Made by a program: the position numbers and the translations under genes. A stretch of DNA of 50,976 bases, the filler included, from Jimgerdemannia flammicorona (lineage: Eukaryota): assembly GCA_003990765.1 (NCBI GenBank). It is 2 parts of 2 records of this genome, joined end to end, with 100 filler letters (N's around TTAATTAATTAA, not from the genome) between each part and the next. Parts side by side here need not be neighbours in the genome. Positions count along the whole stretch, not along the records: positions 1 to 25,447 come from RBNJ01000832.1; 1 more part is not named here. One strand, 5' to 3'. Below are positions 1-11,738 of the stretch, in pieces (positions within the stretch are counted from its first letter, which is position 1; each line of letters begins with the position of its first letter). The notes beneath the pieces are model-generated. The model was given only the letters and a program-made list of their open reading frames with translations, had not been told where the DNA came from and ran no database searches.

Positions 1-78
1 GTTTATTCACTCGAAGATACTGGGTTATTTATACAAGTTTGCTAGCTATGAGAGGGTGGCTAAGTAATAAATGAGTCA

Positions 79-193
79 TTTGGACTTTGTCGAAACATTT
101 GGACAATGTCTAAATGCTATACTAAATCTGGGTATTCGATTTGGATAATGTCTAAAATTTAGACAATGTCTAAGAAATTAGACAATGTCGAAA
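79..193. repeat. Array of five imperfect palindromic motifs, consensus TT(A/G)GACAATGTC(T/G)AA
   Basis: Copies at 79-95, 98-114, 140-156, 158-174 and 177-193. Each is a near-perfect palindrome TTAGACA-A-TGTCTAA. Confidence 0.75.
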
Positions 194-1006
194 TTGAGGA
201 CTGCTAACTATGATGCTATACTACTTTGGGAATGGGTGCAATCAAGTGTCTATTCCCTATTTCCTTCTTCCAAATCTGGCTGTACCGTCACAATAGATAT
301 AAATATAGAGGTCTCAATAAGTATATAAATATAGAATTCCTAATCTTCTTTATCTCTGAACTATATATTATATAATATGACTATATACTATTTTTTAATA
401 TTCCAGAGCCTGTATATCTTGCTGGAATATCTAAGAAATATATATTTGCTAGCTTTTGGCTCAAACTTATATTTATTAATATTTCTTTTTATCTGAATAT
501 ATATAGATATAATATATTGGACTTAGTTCTACTTTATAATTCTTCATGAATAAGATCATTGTCCCAGGAATACTTATTATTACTAGACTCCTTACTGAGT
601 ACTTAAGGAATATACTGATTACAAATGTATATTACTATATTAATAACTTTAGCCCAATAGGAGTATTCTAATTTAACTATATTGATCATTATATATATCA
701 TTTCTATGGTTATATAGTTAAATTTCTATTCCACACTATTCTGTTGAGACATATAAAGAGCTATTATTTAATAATATATATATACTACATTTTCTCAGGA
801 ACTGCTTGAATATATTATTAATATATTCATATCTATTATTTGAGTAGTATGTACTCTATATTCTGTCTCATTCTTAGTGATCACTTTAAATTCTTTAAAT
901 TTGTCTAAGGTCTTACTCTTTGCTAATAAGAAGTATATATACTTTATATATATATATAATTATTGATAAATATGATGAAATATTTCTTCTCAAAGTATAA
1001 TAGTGT

Positions 1007-2373
1007 TGTGACAAACTAAAATATACCATCCAAATTATATCTTAACCAGATGATGTAAACAATTAGGCAAGATGATGTGAACACACAGCATAGTAACCAG
1101 TAACCATTGCTGTGGAAAACTGTATAAATAGCCAGATATACCAGAAAGGGTCTGTTTACCTATATAGACTCTGTACACCATACAAACTCTGTACACCTAC
1201 CATAAGTAGCAGATCTATAGTTAGCCACATAGTAACCAGATAGCAACCAACTTGTATAAATTACCCCAGAGATAAGAGTGAATAAACCTCAGTCTAAAAA
1301 AGTCCGAAATTTAAAGTAAAAGACAAGTCTGCCTACCACACTTCAAGAGGAACTCTACAGCCACTGCTAGGAGATTGTGAGCTTATTTTCCCTTTCCACT
1401 CTGGTCCACTTTCCAATACAAAGAACAAGTTCATTTTTGGTTTGCTTGCCAGATAAGCCTGAAGATTTGCTACCTAAGTTCAAGGAGAACTTCGCCGCCT
1501 TTTGAGTAACCTGCTGCTTAAGGAATAAGCTACCATTTCCAAGTTATTCTCTGCCTTCCCAAGAAAGCTGCCTTGCTCAAACCAGTTTCTGATGCAACTT
1601 TACAGTGATTCGTCATGCAAATGAAGTCAGTCTTTAACATAACTTTACTAAGAGACTCTATCTGTGCCATCATATTCCCAGAAGCCTGCTGATTCAGAAA
1701 GAATCTGTGCCACCTGAGTTATCCGAGTTATCTGTTATTTCTAAGTTATCTACCATATTTCCAGTTGAAGCTGCCGATTCAGGAAGAATCTATGCCATCT
1801 GAGTTAATTTCCAGTTAAGCCACCATTTTCAAGAGATCTACCAATTCAGGAAGAATCTATATCATCTGCCATTTTCAAGTTATCTGCATTCCCAGAAGAG
1901 CCCAATTTGTGTCATCCGAGTTATCTATTGTTCCCAGTGAGCTTGAACATCCTGCATAAGGAATCCACTACACTACACAGAGATTGCCTACCACCCAAGA
2001 AGGAGAATCGCTAAATTGCCAGACTGTCACACACAGAGATCATTGTGCTACATAGAGATTGTCATGCCACATAAGAGACTGTTACCCCAGAAATTGCATA
2101 CTTTTGGAGATTGCCTCGCTACACAAAATCATGGCATTCGCAGTTGACCCAAGAAGGAAACCCATTCACATAAATCACCACTACACTCAGAGAACAGTCC
2201 CAATAAGGAAATCGCTCACAGATATCCAGCTTTGACTATTATATCACTAAACACCAAGGACCTCAGAAATCTAAGAACATTTTGTTGCTTTTTGACAAAG
2301 TAACTGGGGGCTCAAGCCAAACTATATTAACCCCCAACCTTGTAATTTGCCTCCATTGAGCTAGCACATTACA
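1007..2373 (+). mobile_element. Solo LTR (~1.37 kb) of gypsy family 1, inserted in the copia integrase
   Basis: Termini TGTGAC...ATTACA (decayed GTCACA), flanked by a 4-bp TSD GTGT/GTAT. Colinear similarity with 6119-7256, e.g. the 3' end CCAACCTTGTAATTTGCCTC.ATTGAGCTA. TATAAAT and AATAAA motifs near 1255-1286. Internal repeats of GATTCAG(G/A)AAGAATCT at ~1690-1860. Copia sequence resumes on both sides. Confidence 0.85.
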
Positions 2374-4183
2374 GTATATATATTGGCCTATATATATCTA
2401 TATGTGTAAGATCAAGGATTCTGGATATTCAATTTAATTATTTCTCAAATAGTTACTAAAAAGGTTTATTTTCTATATCTACTATATAGAAATTGTTTCT
2501 GAGATATATATTTAGCAATCTACTGATGGATCCACTCCTTATCATATATTTGAGGCTCATCTTGCCAATATGTCCTAAGTATTAATACTATATATTAGAT
2601 ATATTAGATATAGTTATTATATATAGAGACTGTCACACTATTTATATTTAGCATACTATTAATAATATAAAAATTATCACATTTTGAGACTGTCATTAGC
2701 TCATTATCATCTGAATCATATACTATTATACTCTTTGAATATATATATATCTTTTTTATTTTAGGACATCATCTTGCTTATCAAAAAAATATTTTTAATG
2801 ATTTCTAGAGTATATAGTATATACATATGTCTAGAAAGATGCTGGCAGATTCAATGATATTGTTATAGAGATATATCTCTATATTTCTCTTTTCTTGAGT
2901 ATAGAAAACATTGTTATCCCCTAGTTTGATAGATACAGAGTACTCAAAAGACTCATATATAGAGAACTATTCCCTATATAGCATTATATATTATATGGCT
3001 CTAAAATCTATAAGCTAGAAATCATTATTATCAGTTATATTTATAGTAATATATTTGGTAGATATGTTGATATTACTACTTTTCATTAGCTGAAAAGTAT
3101 TTTATTAATTAGGATTTGTAGATAATAGGTTGGTGAATTTGGTAATAGACCTGCTTATAGATCTTATACTGGCAGAACTGATGATAGAAAGACTATTATC
3201 TATATATATTACTTATGTGAAGAATATATCAATATTATCATCCATTTTGGTAGTATTAACATGACCTTACTGGCTTTTGCTATTTCTATAATAGTTCTCA
3301 TACTCATATTGGCTTTTTTTACACTTATTTTTATCACTCTCCTTGTTATTTTCTCAGTAATAATAATAATGCTTCCTGTGTTTATACTTGTCACAGTATT
3401 TACAATAGCCATTATACTTAGTTGATTGGCTACTATCATATTGATTTTGGATTTAAGCTCATCACCTCTATCTTTATTATTACCTATACTTTTGATCTCA
3501 TTTGGTACTGCTATATTTACAAGACTCATAGAATGCATTTTCATTATCTATAGTACTATTTCCTTGATACATTTCTTTGTTCATAAGGCTCATTATTATG
3601 TGTGAGTCTGCTGCTTTCATATATGGCTACAATAATAATATTATATATATCTGGAAGTTCTCTTATAAGTACTATAACATTATCTTTATTGTTAATATAA
3701 TCTATAGATATACTGAGGAAATTTACTTGATTCATCAGATCATTAATACAACTGATATGTTTGTAGATACTTTTCTTAAACTTTATTCATAGATTGAATA
3801 ACTGAGATTTTAGATAGAATCAATTTGATATAGATACTTATATATAATAATTACATAGAGTCTTTCACATCTTATTAGCAATCATTGTATATATTATGAG
3901 CTTTATTTGGGAGTTTGACAATATAAAGGTAATCTTCTATAATACTTGAAGTATTGTAATCTTGAATTTGTCCTTGCAACTTTGTATACTCTGCCAAGCT
4001 GTATTTATTAAGGAGATTCATTATATAGAATACTCAGATTGTATAATCTTTCTCATTGAAGATCAGAATAGATATCTTGGCTGTATTTTGCTTATAACTA
4101 AGACTATATTTCCTATATCTATTATGGTTACATCAGAGACTGCTCTCATTATTATAACTGGTCATTACTTACTATAGTACTAT

Positions 4184-4197
4184 TAGGACTCATAATC
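4184..4197 (-). other. Copia-type primer-binding site (decayed GGTTATG(G/A)GCCC..)
   Basis: Minus strand reads GATTATGAGTCCTA just upstream of the gag remnant. It differs from the GGTTATG(G/A)GCCC copia-type PBS only by transitions. Confidence 0.6.
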
Positions 4198-4479
4198 TTT
4201 ATTGTGAAAAAGAGGTCAATTTTATTACACTTATATAGGTTATATATTTTATATATTACTGATAAATAATATAAAATTTATAAAATGGTATAATCACATA
4301 TTGATATATTGAGTTGCTATCCCAATATGAAAAATAGGAGTTAAATTAGACTCTTAATTCTATTTGAATTTGATTTAATTTAAACTTTATTTAAATTGAA
4401 AATCTTCAATTCAATTTAATTTAAATCACTCTTAATTTGATTCAATTCAAATTGATTTGATTTATTTAAGAGTACTATC

Positions 4480-5580
4480 CATAAGATAGAGGAAGCTCAC
4501 AACAATATTAATATACTTTTCTATTAACTCTAATGAATCAGAAGAAGGATATATATATCAAAGAACTATACTCCAAAGAAAGCTCCTATAACTATCAAAG
4601 TATAAGAAGATCTTATTTAAAAAGAACACCAGAAAGCTCACTAAGGACAGATGAATATAGAAGAGAAACTATAAATAATATATCAATATTAGCTCAACCT
4701 TAGAATATAAGTCTGAGACATACTCAAGAAATATGACACCTATCAGAAGTACTAAGAGAAGAAGAACTACCAAGTACTACTACTAATCACACTATTAGAT
4801 AATATCTTTTATAGATATAGAGTAGATATTATCAGACCTCTATTAGTTATACTAAGAAGGAATAAGTATATTCTAGTATTTGTAGAATATCTGACCAAAT
4901 GGCCTAAAGTTTTCTCAATAGAAATAGCAGATGTCTTGACTATTATTGATCTCCTTCATGACCTCATACTCAGATATAGATCTTCAGAAGAACTTATTTC
5001 TGACCAAGGTACAGAATTTATTAATAATATAATTATGAGTTTAAATCTACAAGATTCACCTCAAGTGAAATATATCATACTACTCCCAAATAAATAGTAT
5101 GATAGAATAAATGAATTAGACCATCAAGAAAGAACTTACCTAAATCAATCCTACTAACTGGAATCTCTGCTTATTTGAGATCCTCTGGAAAATTCAGAAC
5201 ACTTCTATTATCTCTACTAAACAAAAGCTATTTAAGATGATATTTGTTAAGAATATCAGAACTGCTGATCATAGAAACCTTGAAGACCTTCTTAAAAAGG
5301 CAGAACAATTATATAATCAAGCCTGAGCCCAGATAATTAAGACCTAAGAAAGATAAAAGAAGTACTAAGACTAGAAGTAGAAGAATTAGAAGATCAAGAT
5401 TGGAGATCAAGTACTAGTCTGAAGAAGTATAATTGAAATAAACTTTACTATCAAATTAAAGCTCAAATAAGAAGGACCTTAACTTATATACAATATTTAA
5501 AGAACAAGTATCTATATAAGAAGTATAGATAGATATATTCTAAGGACTCTGGTATATATTAATTGCCTTAAAATATATCT
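4480..5580 (+). pseudogene. Ty3/gypsy integrase remnant (family 1)
   Basis: Translates to VDIIRPL...RRNKYILVFVEYLTKWPKVF (~4820-4915) and ISDQGTEFIN (~4996-5025), the rve core, with many TAG/TAA stops. Confidence 0.88.
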
Positions 5581-5585
5581 ACACA

Positions 5586-6100
5586 ATGATCCAGAGAATT
5601 GATCGGTATCTCTAGGCTCTTATATATTCTTAGCTTTTTTTAAAATCTGCTGATTTTTCTATCTCAGTTTAGAGAAACTATTGACACTTTCTCTCAATTG
5701 ATTTAAATCTATCAAGAGAATCTCACTATAGTCTAGTAACTCTTAGAAATATACTAGTTATAGATATATTATACTATTAGAAAACAACTATAAGATCTCT
5801 CAACCTCTAAGTATACCTATATCAGATACTTTACTAGTCTCACCTAAAGAAATACCATTGCAGTCAACAGACTCTATATCATTTATAAGTAAAATGAAGA
5901 AGTATTAACTCAGACCCAATTTTGTCTTAGAGATATCTAAAGAATAACTACTATCATCTACCTAAGTATCATTTATCAATTGAGGTGCTATTCTCTGAAG
6001 AAGAAGAGAAGTCTCTAGAATAGAGTAACTCTGAAACTAAAGAAGATAATAGAATAGAAGTTGATGTAAAAGATATCTATACCTACTAGAATAATAACTA
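5586..6100 (+). pseudogene. Decayed accessory ORF between integrase and 3' LTR of gypsy family 1
   Basis: ATG at 5586. One frame reads LEIY*L*IYYTIRKQL*DLSTSKYTYIRYFTSLT*RNTIAVNRLYIIYK*NEEVLTQTQFCLRDI*RIT, followed by an acidic stretch. The stops are of the CAA/CAG/TGG-decay type. Confidence 0.45.
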
Positions 6101-6118
6101 AAGGATAGTCTGGGCTGA

Positions 6119-7256
6119 TATAATAAGTAGAAAAACATATCAAGTTATTATCCAAATTAGTTACTATAATTTAGCTATATACCATATTAAGTATACTAGG
6201 TAATCAGAACTGCTCTATTGTACCAACTTGTATAAATAACTCAGATAGCCAAACAAGGGTACAAAGTATTCTTAGCTGATATGCTATATCAGAATTTAAG
6301 AATACTGTACCAGAATTTGAGATTCATATTCCTAATAGAAATAGCTAAATATTATCAGAAATAGCAATCTATAGTTAGCCATATAGCAATCAGATAGCAA
6401 CTAACTTATATAAAATACCCCAGAAATAAGAGTAAATAAATCTTAGTCTGAAAATTAAAAGCAAAGCCAATTGTCAGATACATATACTTAGGAGGAGAAA
6501 CCTGCCAATGAGCCACTGCTAAGAAGTTGTAAGCTATTTTCCATTCCAGTCCACTTTCTGATACAAAGCCTGAGAAACCTACCAAGTTCAAGTGAAGAAC
6601 TTCATCACCATTTTTAAGAGAAGTCCACCATAGGAATCTTGCCACAAAGCCAGTCTATTTGACACAACTTCACAGTGAGCTCATGTTCATGCAAACAAGC
6701 CAGTCTTTGATGTAACTTTGCTTAAGAACTCACCAAGATTCAAGTTGCCAAATCAGGAAGAATCCACACCATTCAAGTTATCTGCTATATTTTGGTACAC
6801 TTGCCAGACAAAGCCAGAAGTCTGCTGATTCAGGAAGAATCTATGCCACTTGAGTTATTGAGTTATCCACCATCTGAGTTATTCAAGAGACCTGCCAATT
6901 CAGAAAGAATCTGCATCACCCACTATTTCAAGCAATTGCATAAGGAAATCCACTCATATTACATAGAGATCATCACAAATTTATATAAGGAATCCACTTG
7001 TGCTATATAGAGATCATTATGAAATCATATAAGAAAACCTGCTTGTGCTAAACACAAATCGCCACTATACCCAAGAACTGTCCCAATAAGGAAATCAACT
7101 GCTGTGCTCAGATTTGACTATTACATATATCACTAAATACTAATATCAGGAATTATAGAACATTTTGTTGCTTTTTGACAAAGTAACTGAAGGCTCAAGC
7201 CAAACTACACAAATCTCCAACCTTGTAATTTGCCTCTATTGAGCTAATATATTATA
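6119..7256 (+). mobile_element. 3' LTR of gypsy family 1
   Basis: Homologous to 1007-2373. Starts TATAATAA (decayed TGTGACAA) after a purine-rich tract and ends ATATTATA (decayed ACATTACA). Lies directly downstream of the integrase remnant. Confidence 0.82.
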
Positions 7257-7425
7257 CTATTTATATTATTATTATTATTATTATGTTATTCATAATCTTT
7301 AAATATTAAATCATATATTATATATTAGTAAGGCCAAATACTTGACAATTTGTATACCATTAATGGTAGCAATTTCTTTCATCAATATATATAAGATATA
7401 TATTTCTAGATATATATAAATAGTT

Positions 7426-7751
7426 GATATAGTTGTAAACGTAGTTTAAAATGCAGCAAAGTGGCCATTGTACTTAACACTTGTGCATCTAACATTCATC
7501 GCACAATGCAACTACCATCTTAGATTAGTCAGTTTCAATCACTTCCTATACCCTACCATGCGCTTAAACATTCATACAACATAATTATGCAATCCACCAT
7601 CTTAGCTTAGTCAGTTTCAATTGCTTTCTGTACTCTACCTTAGCTAGCCCAAGCTCCAACTGCATACCCAAGAGTTAGGCAGCGGCCACGCATTTCCCTC
7701 AACATACTCTAGCAATCGTCATTAGTAATTCGTATCAATCGATTTCATGCA
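7426..7751 (+). repeat. Split direct repeat A1
   Basis: Colinear with 11880-12205, differing mainly by transitions. Contains an internal duplication CCATCTTAG.TTAGTCAGTTTCAAT. Confidence 0.95.
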
Positions 7752-7769
7752 CTATCTCTCAGATACATC

Positions 7770-9041
7770 ATGCTACCTATCTGTCGGTCTCAAGGCCTAC
7801 CATCTGGTCCCCCAGTTCCAGCACCTGGTGCCCCACATGTGCCCCCATCAATTCCCAACTTAACTGGCCTATGTACATTGCGCAAGGACCAGCTCATCAC
7901 ACTCTGCCATGAACACAACCTCTCCATAGACGGTCAAAAGGCCACCCTGGTTATACATCTCGATGCTCATCGACCTGACCCTGATTTCCCAGTCGCCAAA
8001 CCTATGGCGCTGGCTCCAGCACTACTCCCTGATGGTCATGAAGTTGATGCATTGATCAAACAGCTACTTCCAGCACTCGCAGCATATCTCCATGGACCTT
8101 TAGCCAACACCAACCCCCCTCCAGTCCTACCACCCAGCTTACCACTAGCACTCCCTCTTCCAGCCACCTTCACCTCTCCGGCAGTTCCCTCACTTTTACT
8201 GCAGCCAACCCCATCAGCACCCTTACCAGCATGGTTTTCAAACCCTTTAAATGGTGAGTCGTCTAACCCCCCATTCATCTCTGACACTGTTCTACATTGC
8301 AATTGGGTTCTATCGGAGCTGCTGACCTCACTTGAGGCAGGGGAATACAAAATACTGGCCGAATGGACAGGTAACACCTTGCTATCATGTCCAAGCAATC
8401 GGCGAAAACCTGATTCACATCCACCAGACCGTGATCTTGACCTATCACTCTGGCTTGAAGCCATCTTCAACATTTGGGGTGCATTGCTGTCTCTGGGCAC
8501 TACTCGGGCTGCCCCCCACACTGCACATACTGCACAGCTACTCGCACATATCATCTTTATCATCAAGGCCATCAACGACCATTATGACTGGGCTGCCCTT
8601 CAGCAGTTTGACTGGCAAGTTCGCACACTTAAAGCATCCTTTTCGGAGCTGAATATTGGCAACCCAGATGCTGTCCGGCATATGTTTGAAACCATCGTTG
8701 GCCAGCTGGCATCAGCACTGCTTGCCTACCAACCAATACGTCGGCCCATACAGGCAATGGTCTCCTCAACAGGAAGTCCCAGAACGACCTCATCATGCCC
8801 CCTTTTATGCTTTCGGTGCGGGGTGCAGGGGCATGCGTCGACCTCTTGCACCCAAACCCCTCTCATGCGACCTACATTCCCCATCAAACCAGATGATACT
8901 CTCTCCTCGGACAGTGCAGCCAGTTCTATCTGTCACAACTACAATGGCTCCGGCTGCTGCAGCAATTGTGGCTGCCCCCATGTCTGCTTGTTCTACTATG
9001 GCTCTCACCCAGGCATAGAGTGCTCTATTCACCACAGCTAA
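7770..9041 (+). CDS. Ngaro ORF1 (Gag-like): N-terminal SAP domain, Pro-rich linker, CCHC zinc knuckle, C-terminal Cys/His finger
   Basis: 423-aa open frame. LCTLRKDQLITLCHEHNLSIDGQKATLVIHL fits the SAP consensus. CFRCGVQGHASTSC is CX2CX4HX4C. C-terminal CHNYNGSGCCSNCGCPHVCLFYYGSHPGIEC. Confidence 0.85.
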   Translation: MLPICRSQGLPSGPPVPAPGAPHVPPSIPNLTGLCTLRKDQLITLCHEHNLSIDGQKATLVIHLDAHRPDPDFPVAKPMALAPALLPDGHEVDALIKQLLPALAAYLHGPLANTNPPPVLPPSLPLALPLPATFTSPAVPSLLLQPTPSAPLPAWFSNPLNGESSNPPFISDTVLHCNWVLSELLTSLEAGEYKILAEWTGNTLLSCPSNRRKPDSHPPDRDLDLSLWLEAIFNIWGALLSLGTTRAAPHTAHTAQLLAHIIFIIKAINDHYDWAALQQFDWQVRTLKASFSELNIGNPDAVRHMFETIVGQLASALLAYQPIRRPIQAMVSSTGSPRTTSSCPLLCFRCGVQGHASTSCTQTPLMRPTFPIKPDDTLSSDSAASSICHNYNGSGCCSNCGCPHVCLFYYGSHPGIECSIHHS

Positions 9042-9045
9042 TCTC

Positions 9046-10650
9046 GTGACCCCACCCCCGTCTGACCCCCCAGCATGTCCATACTGCCTTGGGGAGTGGC
9101 AACGAGTACTTCACACCCATCCAGACCAACTTCTCATTCAGTACCACTTAACAGGCCTATGTCAGGGTTACCTTCATGGCAATCACTCCCATCCTGAGCT
9201 TCGTATCGACTATATATCTGACAATCTGGCATCAGCTTACCAATATTGCGACATTCTTTCTGCCAACATTCTTGCCAAACTTCAAGCCGGTCGCTACTTA
9301 GGACCCTTTTCATCTCTCTCTGCATTACCAACTGAGTTTCGTCTCTTTTGCAATGCTCTCCTAGGAGTTGTCCCAAAAAAGAACTCTACCAAACTTCACA
9401 CCATTCAACACCTGTCCTTCCCGGAGGGAGCCTCTGTAAATGATGGCATCAACCTAGAGGAGTTTTCAATTCAGTACCAGTCGATCCAGTCTATCCTCCA
9501 GCTACTCCTCGCACTTGGTGCCACAGCTCTATTTTGGAAGGCAGATGTTGCTGAAGCCTTTCGCATGATCCCTGTCCACTGGTCTGACTGGGCTATGCAA
9601 GGCATCTGCTGGCTCGGCCTTTTCTTCCTTGACATGTTCCTTCCATTCGGTCTTTGCTCGGCACCATTCATATTCACATCTCTGATGGATTTGTTTACAT
9701 GGATTTGTATTCAGCAGTATAACCTTCTCAATTTGGGCCACTTCATGGATGACTTTATCTATGTCGCATCACCCTCTACCGCTCAGTCTACATACTTGCA
9801 GTTTCACTTGGTCGCTGCTCGCTTTGGTCTTCCCCTCAAAGCAGCCAAGGATATACCTCCCATACCAACTATCGAGTACGTGGGCTTTCTCCTCAATGCC
9901 CCCAACATGACAATCAGCCTCTCACTCGAAAAATGTACATACATTCTCTCTCTGCTCGCAGACTGGCTCGTAATACCTCATCAGGCTCATCGGCCACATC
10001 CTCGGTCTTACCACGATGCTCATTCACTACTGGGTCATCTCATGCATGTTGTCCAAGTCCTTCTAGATGGGAAAGTATTCTGCGATTCCATCATTCATTT
10101 CATCTCCACATGGAAACCACCCTATGCTGGGTGGTGTCATCTATCTTCTTGCCTGGCCACTGATCTTCAATGGTGGCAGGACATCTTACACTCATGGACA
10201 GGTCATCGCCTGCTTTTCCACTCTAATTGGCAGGATTGTGGTCTATTCACAGATGCATCCAGAACAATTGGTGCCAGCAGCCTTCTGGGCCAATGCTGGT
10301 AGAGTATTCGGTGGGCCTCTTCATTTAGCAACCAGAAGGAATATGACATTTTCTGGAAGGAAATGTTCACCATCTGGGTTTCGCTTGCATTGTGGGGTTC
10401 CTCCTTTCATCGTCAGCATATCATCTTATAGTGCAATAGCCAATCCTGTGTTGAATCGCTAACCAGTGGTCGGGCACAGCACCACCCTCTTGTCAATGAT
10501 CTTTTACGATGCATTACTCTCTTACATCTCAACAGAGGGTTTGACATCCAAGCTCGGTATATTCCTTTCTCATCTAACCCTGCCGACTCTCTATCTCATC
10601 TTATCCATCTCCCCTCCCATCCCCAGAAACTGCTTCCTACAACCATAACA
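9046..10650 (+). pseudogene. Ngaro ORF2 reverse transcriptase / RNase H (premature stops at 10300 and ~10429)
   Basis: DIRS-type RT motifs VPKK, SVNDGI, KADVAEAFR, LPFGLCSAP, FMDDF, YVGF. RNase H FTDAS. The frame continues past the TAG as DIFWKEMFTI...IL*CNSQSCV...NPADSLSH. End approximate. Confidence 0.93.
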
Positions 10651-10679
10651 TCCCCCTTTGGCTTTGCCATCAACTCGAG

Positions 10680-11633
10680 TCCTGTCTCTACCAACACTCT
10701 CACACCCACACTGGTGCCCTTCGACCTGGCACCAACTCCTTCTACCGCTTCCTAGGCTGCTATGGCATCGATGATACCACTACCTTTCCTCTTCATAATG
10801 ACCTCCTCAGCTACTGGGCCCTATAGCTGGCCAACGATCAAAAGCCATATACCACCATCAAGAACTATTTCTATGACATTGCTGCTCATCAACTGGCCCA
10901 CTGGCGAGGCCCCCCTCTCCACTATGCATCCTTACCCCTGTTCGACATGGCATTGAAATCCATTCAGCGCCACCCACCCCCCTCACACTCACTGGAATGC
11001 CTTCCTATTACTCACCAACACTTGCAGCTTATTCATACTGCTCTCCCCCTTACTACACCTCATAGCGCCACCATATGGGCGGCCACATATACAGCCTTTT
11101 ATGGCCTCATGCAAATTGGCGAGCTGACATCTCCTGACCACCTACCATTCGACTCACACTGGCAGGCATGCAGGTGCCACCTTCGACGGCACTGGGACCC
11201 TATACTTTCCCAGCCCTTTTGGTCTCTACACCTCTCTCGCACCAAAACTGATACCTCAGGTGATGTATTTCTGGAGTTTTCAGGTGCCTTCGATTGCTCC
11301 TGTTCTGCGATTGACAATATGATCTGCCTCTGCCCTGCCCGTCCTGAGGACCCCGTCTTCTCCTTCAGTCCCACTCAACCCCTCTCTCACTCAACATTCA
11401 TTGAGGCCATTCGGGCCCCTTTAAGAAACACTCCACTAGCCACTGGAATTCATGGTCATTCCTTCTGCATCAGTGGCACTACTCTTCTTGTATTGGCGGG
11501 ATATCTGGATCACATCATTCAACTGGCTGGTCAGTGGAAGTCTATGGCCTTTCTGTGTTACATCTGGCAACTCGACCAGATTCTACCTTGGATGACAGTC
11601 ACCTTGGCTGCACTTCCTCTACTTGACTACTAG
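10680..11633 (+). pseudogene. Ngaro ORF3 tyrosine recombinase (one internal stop ~10824; catalytic Arg codons mutated)
   Basis: Upstream in-frame ...KPYTTIKNY. YR motifs FYGLM(Q for R)IGEL, SRTKTD, HSF(C for R)ISG, G(Q for R)WKS, FLCY. Confidence 0.92.
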
Positions 11634-11738
11634 TGGGCCATGGGTTTGGCGGGTGGTGGCCAAAAGGTGCCCACAAGCAGTCAGTGGCACCAGCATTACA
11701 TTTAGGAGCCTTGCCCACTTCCCAGGCCCATGGTTCTT

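Larger units (their letters stand above)
240..4320 (-). mobile_element. Highly degenerate Ty1/copia LTR retrotransposon (gag, protease, GAG-pre-integrase, integrase), interrupted by a solo LTR at 1007-2373
   Basis: Minus-strand translation gives decayed copia motifs in copia order: protease DF*LIDFRA (~3000-3030), LGHIGKMSL GAG-pre-integrase (~2560-2580), ILDL.H.D+.GP integrase start (~2380-2425), KSKTLDKFKEFK and QQNSV (~730-925), KFEPKASKYIFL.YSSKIYRLWN SH3-like (~400-470). A decayed copia-type PBS lies at 4184-4197. Boundaries approximate. Confidence 0.8.

Noticed and set aside
79..193. CRISPR array
   Set aside because: Eukaryotic context, spacers of only 1-25 bp and irregular, and no cas genes.
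3209..4177. Short ORFs (111, 71, 71 aa) as host genes
   Set aside because: They lie in the decayed copia gag region and are remnants or chance frames.
4320..4470. AATTCAAATTGA-type short repeats as a transposon end
   Set aside because: Low-complexity AT sequence with no matching second end in the window.
1007..7256. Single intact LTR retrotransposon bounded by the two similar LTRs
   Set aside because: The first LTR has its own TSD and no PBS after it, and minus-strand copia sequence continues on both sides. It is a solo LTR plus a separate 3' half.
8036..8575. 179-aa antisense ORF in Ngaro gag
   Set aside because: Codon-register mirror of gag with no independent motifs.
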